64,000 nt of DNA from Lama guanicoe (lineage: Eukaryota). Made by a program: the position numbers and the translations under genes. The stretch spans positions 8,664,625-8,728,624 of the forward strand of contig MU057351.1 of NCBI GenBank assembly GCA_013239625.1, given 5' to 3'. Positions 24,606 through 38,142 of this stretch are shown in pieces. Within the stretch, counting starts at the first letter, position 1, and each line of letters begins with the position of its first letter. The notes under the pieces were generated by a model. That model was given only the letters and a program-made list of their open reading frames with translations. It did no database searches and was not told where the DNA came from.

Positions 24606-27600
24606 ACAGGACAGAATTTAGTGAGAAACACACAAATGATTGTTGCTGAGCCCTCCTGACACATGCTGGAGAGGTGGTGTGTGTTAATGTCTTCTGTGGC
24701 TGTGTGGGTGTGTGTGAACTCAAGGAATGTTCCAGAGTGCTGAGAAGGCTTTCTCCCGTGTCCCTCCAGAACCTCTTTCCAACCTGCTCAATGATGCATG
24801 GAATTCCTCAGAAGAGGAAGAGCATTTCATTCTATAATTATCATTAGGAATTAACATACAAATCGCCCTGGGAGAGATGACACGAAGAATTTCATACTGA
24901 AACTTAAAAAGATTTTAAGGAGCTCTTTTTCTGAGAGTAAATTTTGACAGGGTTAAGACGCTGAGGGGAGTGAATGCTGATGCATGGAGAAGAATAAAAA
25001 AACAAGAACACTTAGAGCACCAAAAGCACATTTCAGTCACTTCACATTTTTTCCTGAAGCTGGCTCAGGGGGGGCAACTTGGAGAAGACAGTGACACGCA
25101 CTTCAAGTGCTGGTAGCAAACACCTCACCTTCATCCCCGGGGAATGCAAGCTTATAGGGCTGTCATTCGGGCCAGTTCACACTGAGAACACTTACACTTA
25201 TGAGCAATGGTACCCATCCCTAGGAACTGCATCTATCTGGTTATAAAACAGCAGAAGGAATATACTGGAACACGAGTGTTTAAAACACGAAGGGCAGTGA
25301 CAGTTTAGGAAGGCTAATGTAACTTTTGCTTGTTTTTATGGAATTTTTGTGCTTTCACTTATTAGACAGCCAGAATGGAATGCATATCTTTTAAAAAATA
25401 CCCATAGAATATGGGGACACTCTGGGCACTTAACACAATCTAATAATTCGTTGCTAAGGATCACAGTACAGATGGCAGATGCAATTACTAGGAGAATGTA
25501 GAGTTTCTGACAGTCTCATTTAGTCTGATTCTGATAAAATAACAATCCAATGAAAATGAGTTTCTGTGTTTTGAGGAGTATGCTGGCATATTCTGGCACA
25601 TTCTACATGGAACATTAAATAATAGTGTCTTGTCCTGTATCTAATGTTATTTTCCAGTATCTCTGTCCTCAATAACCTTCAAACCCAGTTCTTCCCTGTT
25701 TTCATGAACTTTTATTTTCTTTGTCTTTTGCCACAATCATCAAGAATGAGTAAAATGAAAATGAAGTTCAGGAAGCTACTGAGCCTTTATGAGTGTATGT
25801 AGTGAATGCCGTGTTGACTCACATTCCAGAGGTCTGTGGAAAACACAGAGATGGGTACAAGGAAGTTAAAAAAATAAGCAGTTATTGACATTCCTCAGAG
25901 AGCCAGCAATCTGACACCAGGGACGAGTCCTATTTGGGAACCAGAAGGAAAAGAGATACTCCAGTCAGAAAGAGAATTAACTATATCTGGGACTACTTTG
26001 GTAATCTTTCCCACAGCCTTTCACTTGAGTGATATTTATGATGCAATTCCCACCCCCAGGGGCTTTCACAATGGGCATCTTAAGGACACTGATGGCTTTC
26101 TGACACATTCAGGTGTTCAGAATCTCCTCCCCTTCGGCACAAAACAGCATACTTTTCAGCCTCGTTTAACAATTCCAGAATCCCTTTAAGACTTTGCAAT
26201 CCAAACTCCTGTCAATCCAACTCCTATCTTAATTACGATGGGATCGCAAAACTGCTTTAAGACTGGATGGGGAAGGAGGATGGGGAGAAAGAGAAAAGAT
26301 GACTATAGTGAAATCCAGGATCTGTATACCCTAGCCTGCCACCATCGTGTGGCCATAACTGCTCATTCTTGGTATCGCTCTGAACTTAAGGACTTTCTAC
26401 TGAACCCTCTTGAATAGGTCCAGGAAGGATTTTCTTAATATTAAAGCATGAATAATGAGTAGTAAGAGACTAATGTGCCCTTTGGTATTTTAGTCTTCCA
26501 GCTGCACAAGGCATGTGGACTATCAGGACAGGGACTCCTGAATTATAGATTTACTGGGGCTCCTAAAAGTTATCTCGTTCCTACCTCTGCTTCTGCACAA
26601 ACAAGTCATTCTGAAATTTTTAAATATACATACATACATACATAAATAAAATCTTGTGTAAAAACATCTTCTGACAACCATTGTCTCCCCTCAATAAAAC
26701 ATTCGAGTTAGAATTAGAAATTTTCTAATATGCAATCCAAGTTTGTTTGGCTGCAATTGAAGATGATTTCTGTTTAGTCTTGTTTCAGTATTTTTCATAT
26801 TGCCTTTCTTCTTACACTTTTACATATGTACGTATAGCTTCTGTTATATCTTAGATAAAGATATTAGATGGTTTTCACCCTGATTATGAGATTAAAATTA
26901 CTTAGGACTGCACATTCACTTCTGATGTTTAAGTTAGAGTGACATTTTAATCTTTTTAAATATGACTTTTTACGTGGTGTGTACCTGGGTGGTTTTCAGT
27001 ACTAAGAGTGGCAATGAGGAAAATTCTGGAAGTAAAAGCTCATCTTGTGACTGGATTCCTCTGATTCAGTTTTCACAAAAACTTTGTGTCACAACTTTAC
27101 TTCCCTGTTGAGTGTTTTACTTGAAACTAAGCCTATGGAAAAAAAAATACCTGTCATTTAGATGTGGATAATATAGAAGGAGGGGGAAAATACACAGAAG
27201 ATCTCTTACGGACTCACTGCTTGCTTCAGGGATATTTTTGAAAGTAGAAATTAAATCTATGACCAAAAATGTCTGGAACCAGGGCTTTGCTGAGTTGCAG
27301 ACTGTGCCTGTCTCCACAGCCAGGCTGGGGCAGCTTTGGCCACTCAGCCTGGGCTCAGGGCCACCCTAGTTGGCAGCTTTGTCAACCAGAACATGCCAGG
27401 GAGGTGGGGCTCTTGGGCAGCCCTCCTGTCTCCTCAGAACTCTGCAAGCGAAAACTCCAGTAGGATTCCTGAGAAACGTTAGACCCCATCAGCTTGAACC
27501 CTACAAGGAGCTTGCTCTCAGTAACCACCAATGCCACGTGCATCTGTTGGCTACTTTAACTCAAGTCCCCAGGGAGACTGAGGAAAAGACGGAAGTTATC

Positions 27601-29801
27601 AGTCTTCCCCAATTCCTGAGATATCCCTGCTCCTCCCTCCCACCTCCTATGAAGGCACGACCTTGCTCAACCCCTTCAAAATGCCATCTAACCCTAATGC
27701 TCTAACAATCCCGCTGTTTTATTTTGTTCTGTTTTTTTAATCTATTCCTGTAACTAGATTTTTGGCAGTAAAGGAGGTTGTGAGCAGGCAACATGTGTGT
27801 AACTAAACTCATTAGTAGCAAGAGCCAGTTTAGGTCTCATGGGACTGCTACTTAAAGCAGTGGTTCCAAACGTTGTAAAACTGCCATGAAGTGGAGATTT
27901 GGCAATATGTGTGTCAATTGGATAATTGCACACCACCAAACCAGGTCATTCAGGTCAATCATATTCCAGCTGGGAACTGAATTATTTAATCTGGCTGTCC
28001 CAAATAATCAGATTAACTCAAAAACTGCCAAACTATTAAGTTTTGGGTCTGTATACATAAAACAGTAAGAAAAGGAAGTCCTATACATTGCAGACTGTAA
28101 AAAAAATTTTTAAAGTGCCATCATATCCTTCCTATAGAGTGCTCCCTGGCCATGTTGAAGAGATGTGGCATGCGTGTGCTACTCTGTGAATGCAGTAGAC
28201 TGTACGATAATGTTACCTCTATCCTACAGTATGTTTAATATCTTCCCCTCCACAGCTTTTGCATTAGGAGAAAAATTCACAATGGAACCTGACCAACTGG
28301 AGATCTGATTATTTTTGGTGATCAAAGAAAAAACAATTGAGTTTTTCCTTATGGAACAAAATTTTAATTTGTGTCATTGGTGTGCCCGCCCTCCACCCAA
28401 GGGAAGATTAGGAGAGAGTGTGGATCCTAAAATAGGTTGTATTTCTGGACTCAACAGTGATTAATAATAGATATCCCTAACTGCTAGACAATTAGTAGTG
28501 TTCATATATAATTCCTTTGACCCACAAGGGGAAAACTAAAAAGCTGAGTGTAAAATCTAATCAAATTTCTTACACTTTTCCCCATAGCCAAAATAGAGAC
28601 TTGAAAATTTATGCCACAAAATTGCAAGGTCCCCTCACATTGAAAGAAAGGAAGAATGAAGCAGTTATCTAAAATATCATTCAAGGTCAGAGCATACCAT
28701 TTCTGACTGTTTCAATTTATCTCCAGCTTTGTGCTTATTTTTCTTCCCCAGGTTCTGGAGCTTCTGTCTCAGGACTGACCTTATAATAGTTCAGATCCAG
28801 ACCAATCTCAAAGCAATGGAGCCCCTCAATTCTGAGCAGATTACTCTCCTCAGGACTGATAATGTCTCAGTACCGCATTGCTGTTCATTTCCAGCACTGT
28901 CAACAAGACGGACAGTTAGCAGTCAACAGGAAAAACTCCTTTTGGTCACCCATGGTGTAGTAGCACACATATTATGAAACAGAACTAAGTATTTATGGTA
29001 TGCTGTAAAGAAAGTTCTAATGCGATGAGTGAAAAAAACAGTGGACAATAATGTTAACCACAGACATTCATCTATTTCATCCCCTTGTTTTTAATTTTTC
29101 CTCCCCCTCCCCAACCAGTCATTTAGATATTTCCTACAATACGTATTCATTATAGTCCATAAATATTTTATGAATGTGCATTTAGAGAATTTGCTCTAAA
29201 GCTTGAATTTGAGCAAGGCCATCACTTAAAAAAAAGCATCGCTGACAGCTGCTGAAGTGTTAATTTCTCTGAAAGCACAGAGGGTGTTAAATAGACTTTC
29301 TCTTGCTGAATGGTAAGTTTTTAAATTTTTTTTAAAAAATGCCAAAGGGTTCTGATGCAAAGGTTTTGTTTCTGTACCCCTGACTTTCCTGAAACTTATT
29401 TTTTAAATCTTGTATTCTAAACCTAAGGCTTTCAAAAGCATTATATACATTTGGAGACCCATCAAGTGCATGCACATTAATAACACTGAATATGATTTAT
29501 TCGTAAAATTTGGGAGTGTTTTCTTATAGATAAAAATGTACTTATGGACGTGGAAAAGGGTTTTCAAATTAGTCTCATCATGTAATAGCAATGAGCGAAA
29601 ATAAAAGAAGTGAAACAGTGAAGAGTATTCTTTCCATCCTGTGACCCACTCCATCCACCCACGGTAGTGGTATTCCACATGGAATAGTATTAGGCCCGTA
29701 AGTTATCACCCTTCGGTCATTTCTAGGACACACAGAAAAAGCTTAACCCAAGTAAAGTACAATCTCATCTTTCCTTTCAGGACATCACCATCTCTCTCTC
29801 A

Positions 29802-30000
29802 TGTTTTAGCTCAGATCCTCTAGAAAGCAGAGTCCACAACAAAAGCTTCAGTGTGGGAGGCTGGTTGGGAAGTGACTCGGGGGGAAGGAATGAGGGGCAG
29901 AGGAACCGAAGAAACATGGAAAGAGTAAAAACCAGTTCAAGGACGTGTTCCCAAAATGTCCATTAGTAGTTCACTGGGATTCATTTCTCTTTATTGTGGA
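29802..30000 (-). mobile_element. ERVL-class LTR fragment (LTR16/LTR33-like)
   Basis: tgttttagctcagatcctctagaaagcagagtccacaacaaaagcttcagtgtgggaggctggttgggaagtgactc. Confidence 0.55.
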
Positions 30001-30349
30001 GCGAAGCAACCTGACAAACTCATCTAGGTATAAAGTCTTCATTGGTTCACACAGTTTAGGGATGGCTGAACCTTTAAAGCAAATCATTTCTCATATGGTG
30101 AGATTATGCATTATTTGGAGACACATTTTCATGAGAGCACTCTGCTCCATACTGACTAGAACTAACCATGGATGGAAACCACCTACTGTGCTTACATATA
30201 TACATTTTCCCCATCCTCTCCTTAGATTGGTATTGTGACTCACGGTAATAATAGAACAAATCTGGTTTCTAGAAAGGATTAGGAGCTCCTCATAAAGGTA
30301 ACTTCTTGGTAAGAATTCCAACTTTTCTGATTTAGTCATATCTTCTTTC

Positions 30350-31420
30350 AATTAATTTTGTTAGTTTATATTTTTCTAGAAAAGCATAACATATCTAACC
30401 ATCTTTTTCATTTGCTTATTTATGGTCTTTATCAATGCAACTCTTTCCTACTTTTTAAATTTAGTCATATAGTTATTAATCTATGAATTTTGCTCTGAGT
30501 TACTCCCTTGACCAGATTGCATATAACTTCCTATGGTTATTGATTCCTACGTATTCTATACTGTAGCTGTGTTTCTACTTTGAACCAATAAATACTAAAT
30601 ATTAAGTAAATTATTTTAAGATTTCTAAGTGATTAGATTTTTAATGTTAATTTATTACTGCAAGTTTCTGATAATAACTAAAGCATTTGCATAGGGAATA
30701 TGACCCATAAAATGTCTCTTTTCAGGAATTTATTGACATGCCAATTAATGGGCAGTGGTTAAAAAAATGTTGCATTTCGGTTTTAAGGCATACATTTTAA
30801 GATATTTAAACAAATCTTACTCTTTAATTCAGAGCATGTGCATCATTATATTCTTTTGTCAAATACTACATATTTTTAAATCTTCAATTTTTTTATTTCT
30901 TTCAATTCCTCCTTGCATTTATGACTTTTGCTTAACATAATTCAATAAAATTTTATTTAACAGATGAATCATAACTTAATTTTTTGCATAAATTATGTAG
31001 TTTAAAATATAAAAATAAGACCTTTATTTCACTGTGCTTATTGTTTTCAACTAACTGTCTGATATTATTACTGTAACCAATGCTTTCTTATGACTTGAAC
31101 GCATTATATATGCTTTTGTACCTGCTTTAATACCTAATCCTTTTGTGTTAAAGTATGTCATTTGGGTTTTGTTTTACAGTCTAATCTTCTACTTACATTT
31201 ATTATTACAATAATATTTGGTCTTACTTCCATCTGCTTGTTAAACGATTTCTCTCTTTTTTATAATGTTTTCTTAACATTTTCCTTTTTTCCCCCTAACT
31301 TGTGACATATGGACTCTTGTTTGTTTTCATATTTCCTGTTGTTTTAGACCATATGCATATTTTAAATTACCTTCATGGTTTTTTTTTTTACATTTGAAAT
31401 TATTTAATTTCTATGTTGAG
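30350..31420 (-). mobile_element. Ancient L1M ORF2 region
   Basis: T-rich plus strand with L1 antisense signatures: ttaattttgttagtttatatttttctagaaa, gaatatgacccataaaatgtctcttttcaggaatttattga. Confidence 0.65.
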
Positions 31421-31630
31421 TAGGATGCATTGATTAGAAAGAGAATCTGCTGTATAGTCCACACGGAGAAGCATCAGAGTTTGCCAGCAGTAATTGAAGG
31501 AGTTAGATTATGAAATGACAAAGAATTGTGCCTACCAGTTAGACACTGAGAGGTAAAAGAAAAGAGAACAAGAACAGAGACAAGTAGAATCCATGGAATG
31601 ACTTGCATCCTCTTAACCACACAACAAAGG

Positions 31631-32214
31631 TGTATTAGCTTTCTACTGCTGTTGTAACAATTACCAGAAACGGAGTCATTTAACACAACGTGAATTTAAA
31701 ATTTCACAGTTTCTATGGGTCAGAAGTCAGTGGACTCCAGGCTCCACTGAGAGTCTCACAAGGCTAATATCAAGGTATTGGAACTGCCCCTGTTCCTTTC
31801 TGGGAGGCTCTTGGGGGAAACCTTCTTCCTTGCTCATTCAGACTGCTGGTAGAATTCAGTTCCTTACAGCTCTAGGACTGAGGTTCTGTTTCCTTGCTGG
31901 CTGTCAGGTGAGGGCTGTGTTCTCAGCATCTAGAGGCCACCTGCATTCTCTGGCTTATAGTCCCCTTCCCTAGACTTCAGTGTCAGAAATGCTGGCTTGA
32001 ATCCTCACACTGTGTCTCTTGACTTCAGCTGGGAAAGATTCTTCTCTTTTGAAGCCTCACGTCATTAGATTAGACTGAAAGGAATAGTCTCATCTCAGAA
32101 TCCATTACCCTCATCACATCTGGACAGTCCTTGTGCTAAGTAATGTAACCTATTTACAGATTCTGGGGATTAGGGAATAGACATTTTTGAGGGGCCCTTA
32201 TTCAGTCTACCACA
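31631..32214 (-). mobile_element. MLT1 (MaLR) solo LTR, near full length
   Basis: tgtattagctttctactgctgttgtaacaattacca ... ggggattagggaatagacatttttgaggggcccttattcagtctaccaca (TG...CA termini). Confidence 0.92.
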
Positions 32215-32289
32215 GGAGGGAAAGTGAGAATACATTAGAAATCAGACCAGGTAACATTAAGGGTTCTTATCAAAGCTTTACTGTATTGA

Positions 32290-33095
32290 GAAATGCAAAT
32301 CAAAACTACAGTGAGGTATCACCTCACATGGGTCAGAATGGCCATCATTAAAAAGTCCACAAATGATAAATGCTGGAGAGAGTGTGGAGAAAAGGGAACC
32401 CTCCTACACTGCTGGTGGGGATGTAACTTAGTACAGCGACTATGGAAACAGTATGAGATTCCTTTTACAAACTAAAACTAGAGTCACCATATAATTCAGC
32501 AGTCCTACTCCTGGGCATATATCCAGATAAAACTCTAATTCAAAAAGATATATGCACCCCAGTGTTCATAGCAGCACTATTTACAATAGCCAAGATGTGG
32601 ACATAACCTAAATGTCCATCAGCAGATGACTGGAGATGCAGTGTGTGTTTACAATGGAATACTACACAGCCATAAAAAAGAATGAAATCATGCCATTTGC
32701 AGCGAAATGGATTGACTTAGAGATTATCATACTAAGTCAGAAAGAGAAAGACAAATACCATATGATATTACTTATATACAGAATCTTAAAAAATGACACA
32801 AATCAACTTATTTACAAAATAGAAATAGACTCAGACATAGAAAACAAATTCATGGTTTTCAAAGAGCAAAAGAAGGGTGAGGATAAATTAGGAGTTTGGA
32901 AGTAGCAGATTACACACTACTATGTGAAAATACAACAACAAGGTCCTACTGTATGGCACAGGGAACTATACTAAATATCTTGTAATAACCTATCATGAAA
33001 AAGAATTTATAAATATCTGAATCACTATGCTGTACACCAGAAACTAACACAACACTGTAAATCAAATATGCTTCAATAAAAAAATAAATAAAATA
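32290..33095 (+). mobile_element. 5'-truncated L1 (ORF2 C-terminus + 3' UTR + poly-A) with 19-bp TSD
   Basis: ORFs [42 protein letters not shown] and MEYYTAIKKNEIMPFAAKWIDLEIIILS are the L1 ORF2 C-terminal domain; TSD caaagctttactgtattga (32271) / caaagctttattgtattga (33096). Confidence 0.96.
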
Positions 33096-34149
33096 CAAAG
33101 CTTTATTGTATTGACCTGACAAAAGAATCCTACTTTATGAAAGTGAACTATAATAAGAAAACGTACATGCAAATGAAGTGAACACTAATTAGGGGTGGGG
33201 CCACAGGTGGCCTGGAGAGTGCCACACTGAGGGTGGGCCTGGGAGGGGTCTGGAGAGGAATTCTGATAGAGACCAAGAATGATGTCAATGAAGGGGAAGA
33301 ATGTGACACCTGTAAAAAGAAGTATCAAAGAGACCTGAGCATTGCAGACTTATTGCTACTCTTTCTGATCCAGGTTGGAATAGACGTTAAGTCATTAATC
33401 ACGTAGTTTTACATTCAAGTTGCCTCATCTAGTTACCACGGCATTGTTGCCTAAAAGGAATCCTTATTTATTAGGAAATGTGCCCTTAGCAAAAGCAGAT
33501 GCTCAGTCTTCTGGTGCTTTGTGTAGGGTTTCAGGGCAATCTTATCAGTCTAGACCCTGGATTCTATTTCCTTCCTCTTAATACTATCTTGGAGAGTTGA
33601 ACCAATCCAGGGAAATAGCAGGGAGACAACATTGTTTCCCAATGTCTGGAGTCAGGGTTGAAAGTTGTATTAAGAGTTTCATAAAACCATTCAGGTCCCT
33701 CAAGAGAAAATGAGTCAGCAGAGTATTTTTATTTCTTTCATTCAACCTGCCTAGCTTCTCAGTGTTTTCTGTTATATCTAAATTTTGCATCTAGGTCATT
33801 CTTAGTGCATTAAATTTTTATTTCATCTCTTGAGTTTTGAATTTACATTCAATTTTATTAAACAGATTTATAGTTACTTGTGTCTGTCTTTATTAGTAAT
33901 TACATCAACGGACATTTTATAAACTTTTTTTCTATGCTTCAGCTCTTAATTGAATAGACATGACATTATATCAATATATATTATATTAATATGTGTCCAA
34001 AGTAAGAAAAGTAGAAACTTTTTTTGGAAACATTTATGTTCTGAAAATTACTTCGCAGTGCTAACATTCAACCAAGTTCTATATGAGTTTTCTTTTCCGG
34101 CAGATTTTGGATTCACCCTTTTCTCTCCATCCAAATTTTATTCTTCCAC

Positions 34150-34665
34150 TTTAGACTGAAATACTCAGGCTTTCACTTTTATGTTAGTCTTCAAATGTAC
34201 TTCCTCCCCAGTCTCTACATTTCTATCAGTTCTTATGCTGATGACAATCCACCTTCCTAAAACATTTTGACCTTGCTGGTTAGCTACCTGTGACTCTGCT
34301 AAAGCTGCCTGATATGTGTTACTTTTTCTTGGACTATCTTCTCCTTTTCTGCCCCTTAATCTAATCCTTATATTTCTTTCAACACCAAATTCAGATTATA
34401 TCTTCTTTCACCTGATGACACTTGGCAACTTCTTGTTTCAATTTATAGAACATCTATCATCCACTTCATCAACATTAGCTTAAATTATAGGAGTTTTATG
34501 CCCTTCTCTAATTGTTTCTGTGTATCTTATTTCCTCTACTGTATTCTAAGTTTTGTTAGGTCAATGATTATTTCTTTTTTCCTTTTATGGCCTCCCCAGA
34601 ACCGGGCATGGTACTATGCTCACAGTAAAAGTCTAAGAGTGATTTGTTGTTTACTGAATAACTAA
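34150..34665 (+). mobile_element. L2 3' region (L2c-like)
   Basis: tgtgtatcttatttcctctactgtattctaag...cctccccagaaccgggcatggtactatgctcacagt...atttgttgtttactgaat. Confidence 0.65.
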
Positions 34666-34699
34666 CAAATAGTTTGTGCTAAATGACTCAGTTCAATAA

Positions 34700-35150
34700 T
34701 TCAATGTAAGTTAAAATTTAAGTACAAAAAAATAAAAATACACACGTTTTAAAATAAAACTATAAAAAAGAAATGGAATGAACACTGAGCCTCCTTAGCC
34801 ACCCTTTACCACAGTGAATGCTTTCGGTGGTGCCCCATGCATACCTTAAAAAGCATTTCCATTTATTCACACCGTACTAACTAGAACTCTGTTATTCACC
34901 AAATCTAGAAAAAATATACAGGAACCACACTGTATCCACTGTCCTATATTTTTTTCTCACTTACATTCCTGTCTTAGTCTGATAATCTTTCCAAATCAGT
35001 ATTTTCAGATACATTTTCATTACTTTTTAATGGCTACATAGCATTTCATTGTATAAAAGTTCCAAGCACTATATTCCACTTATGGAATATTGACACAGTT
35101 TCCAGTTCTTTGTTATTACAAACAAAGCTGCAAACAATTAAATAGGAAGT
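34700..35150 (-). mobile_element. L1ME 3' fragment
   Basis: ttttaatggctacatagcatttcattgtat...gtttccagttctttgttattacaaacaaagctgca. Confidence 0.75.
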
Positions 35151-35439
35151 ATATACTTTAAGCAAAAATCAGTTGCTCTGAAACAAAGTATCCCCATTCT
35201 TATGCCAGAATTTATAATAGGGGAAACTCATGAAAAGGAGTATAAGACTTCTAATTCAACACCAAGGATTAACAATAAGTGATTAAACTTTGATTAAAAT
35301 TCAGTTAATGAAGGGAAATACCCTATGTAGAGCTCAGTAGTGTAAAAAAGAAAAAAGGGGAATAAGTTAACATTTACACACTTCACTTTTGTGACTGAAA
35401 TTATCATAATTGCAATACTTTTTCTTGGAATCATGGAAG

Positions 35440-35790
35440 TGACAGAGGGAGATTTGTGGATACCTGGAAGAAAAATGTTCCAGGCAAAGTCACAAAGCAA
35501 ACACAAAGACTTCAGGGTGGAAACATGGAACATAAGTAGAGTGAGAAAAAGGGAGAGTAGTATGAAATAGCCAGAGAGGCTACATACTGACTTATAAACC
35601 ATTTAAAATACTTTGCCTTTGTCCTGAGTGAAATGCAAAGACATCAGAGGGTTTTAAACTAACAAGTACCTTAATCTAACTTACATTTTAATAGTCATTT
35701 GCTGTTTTGAGAATACATAAAAGGGGGGCAAGGAAGCAGAGAGATTTTTCAGGAGGCTATGCAATAATCTAGACAAAACTGATTGTAGCA
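35440..35790 (-). mobile_element. L2 fragment (3'-proximal part)
   Basis: atgttccaggcaaag...tgagtgaaatgcaaagacatcagagggttttaa...ggaggctatgcaataatctagac. Confidence 0.85.
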
Positions 35791-35848
35791 ATGGTCTGTG
35801 AAATCTTAGCTACTGTGTAAGGCAAAAGTGAGGGCACCAGTGCGGGGG

Positions 35849-36316
35849 TGGACAGCGAAAAAAACAGCAGTATTGCCAACATAAAGAGTTATGAGTTTAC
35901 ATTTTTTTTCAGGGACTTACTGAGGACTATAGCCTAGGAGACAACTCTGGGGAAGTGGTCCAAAGAGGTAGGGGAGGAGCTGTATGAATACGATTTTTTG
36001 GCTAGGAAACACACGTAGTCAAGCATACATTTTGGTAAAAGATTACTGCTAATCACAAAGAACAACTATCTAAGTTAATGACTTTAGTGCTTTCCTATAT
36101 ACGAGAAGATGTGAGAATCTGGAGTTACTGTAATTCTTCCTGAGATATACATCTAATATCTAAGGGCTGTTTACCCAAAGCACAGAGTGCCTCATCCTAT
36201 TTTTCATCCTGAATTCCTTTCAGGATGCACTGTTGGTGAGCAACAGCAAAGGGCTGTGATTTAACCCTTATATAACTCAGAGATGAGTGATGTTCTTTGT
36301 TCTTTTTTTGTTCATA
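35849..36316 (-). mobile_element. ERV1-class solo LTR (cetartiodactyl family)
   Basis: ggacttactgaggactatagcctaggagac...aaaagattactgctaatcacaaagaac...gttaatgactttagtgctttcctatatacgagaagatg matches my recollection of artiodactyl ERV1 LTRs. Confidence 0.75.
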
Positions 36317-36329
36317 GTATCAATAGAAT

Positions 36330-36736
36330 GTAGACCCCAGTGGGGATTCTAGAGCTGGTGAAGTAGGGGTATTAGAGGAAGTGAGTCAGAAAATGGGAAT
36401 TGTTGGTCTGATGGTAGGATGCTTGAAAATGACATTATAAAGGAGATGCAGTTATTGATAATGGTAAGATGTAGATCTTGGTTACACAGCAGGAAAGAGA
36501 AGTGAGGTATAGTGGAAGGTAAGATCACTGAGCGAGAGGAGACTGAGAAACTGATAGGCCAGAGCAATGCAAGGTTCATCTACATGAGCACTGATATTCC
36601 ACCAAATAATGACCAGAGTGAGGTTAGAGAATGTGCTAGTGAACCAGGAAAGAATACTTTCAAGGACTGCTAGGGAGGCACTCAGGGTGCTATGGAAGAC
36701 TGCAACAAGGAGGTATGATGATGGAGCCTGATGCAA
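36330..36736 (-). pseudogene. L2 ORF remnant, APE-endonuclease domain
   Basis: ORF 36482-36736 (LLVAVFHS...SWFTSTFSNLTLVIIWWNISAHVDEPCIALAYQFLSLLSLSDL) and ORF 36349-36579 (DLHLTIINNC...SSILPSDQQ) align by eye to L2 EN motifs (LLVAVIYRPP...ILGDFNIHVDDP...QFLDLLSSNDL...TLDLVITNNC...PLSDHH). Confidence 0.8.
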
Positions 36737-36829
36737 TCCTTACTCAACAGTTAAACATTTGTTTCTTGAAAAATTATTCTTGTATCTCATATAGAGTATT
36801 TTTTTAATTGTCACTATTAGCACAACCTA

Positions 36830-37060
36830 GGATCATGCTTACTGATTCCTAGAGTCAGACTGCTTGGGCTCAGATGACATCTCCTGTTTACCAGATGTGT
36901 GACCTGAGGCAAAATATCTTGTATCACCTATGTATTGGAAGTAATGGAAGTACCTCCCTTACAAGGTTGTTGTGAGTCTTATTTGAGGTAATATATGTAA
37001 AGCACATAGATCAACACCTGGCAAAGACTAAGTGCTATGTAAGCGTTTGCCATTAATAAT
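36830..37060 (+). mobile_element. MIR SINE
   Basis: ctagagtcagactgcttgggctc...tgtgtgacctgaggcaa...aggttgttgtgag...taatatatgtaaagcac. Confidence 0.88.
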
Positions 37061-37104
37061 GTGACTTTCTTCACTTGGGTATCACAAGGCATGTCAAAAA
37101 AATC

Positions 37105-37635
37105 ATCACTGCATGCATTGTAAGTTGGCTGGAAAGAAATTTGGTGGAGAGCAATTTGTCAATGCCTTTATTCAACAATTCTATTTCTAGGAATTTATCC
37201 TTTAGCTATACTTACTCATTTATAAAATGACATGTATACAAAGATATCCTTGCTGTGTAATTGATAATAGTGAAAAGTTTGGGAAAATGGACAACCATAG
37301 AATATACCCTATGCAGCTCTTTAAAAGAATGTGTTAGCTTCCTGTGTTGACAGAAAGTTCTCCAGGATATACTGTTAGATTAAAAAAAATGATCAATTGC
37401 AGAACAGTGTGCATACTTTGCTAAAATTTGATATGTACATATATATTTGTCTATGTATGTGTTTGTAAATGAATGTAGTATTTATGGAAAGTTACATACA
37501 CAGGAAGCCTCTGTTCCCCTCTCGGAAGAAAACTGGGTGACTAGGAAATAGAGGTAACAGTAGCCTTATCTTTTAAGTTTATATTTTGTAGCAGCTTTTA
37601 TATTTTGTACTGTGTACATGTTCAAAAATTATTTT
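37105..37635 (+). mobile_element. L1ME 3' end
   Basis: caacaattctatttctaggaatttatcct...atgtatacaaagatat...gttctccaggatatactgttaga...ttgcagaacagtgtgcata. Confidence 0.8.
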
Positions 37636-37686
37636 TTAAGTATGCCTTGATTCTAAAATGTCAATTTCATACTGTGAATTTCATAA

Positions 37687-38142
37687 TGTGAAAATTAATA
37701 AACAGAAATCCCCTTTAAAATAGAGTAAGGAGACCAGAAGGGAGAGTTTTCACATCCTGCCATTTGAGATCAGTTGCAGACTGAAAAAAAGAGAGGTACC
37801 TTTGCAACTCCAACAGGAAGAAAGTTACTACTTCTCTGCCCAACAGGAGGAAGGAAGAATTTCTCTTTGCCCAGCAACAGTCCAGCCAATTAGAGACTGT
37901 CACAACTCAGCCAATGAAAAGCCACTACACTTTGGACTCCCAGTTTCCTCCAATGGACTCTGTTTATAACAGGTTCTCCCAACACCCCTTTCTCTATAAA
38001 AGAATATTCCTCTCCTTTGTTCTCTGGATTTATCTGTGGTTCACCATAGATTACATTTCCTAAATTGCAATTCTTTACTGTTCCTGAATAAGCCCTTTTT
38101 GCTGGTAAAACAACTGGCTGTTTTTATTGTTTTAGGTCAACA
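37687..38142 (+). mobile_element. ERV1-class solo LTR
   Basis: TG...CA termini (tgtgaaaattaat ... ttttaggtcaaca), CCAAT at 37886, 37911 and 37950, TATAAAA at 37995, degenerate poly-A signal gaataag near 38086. Confidence 0.85.
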
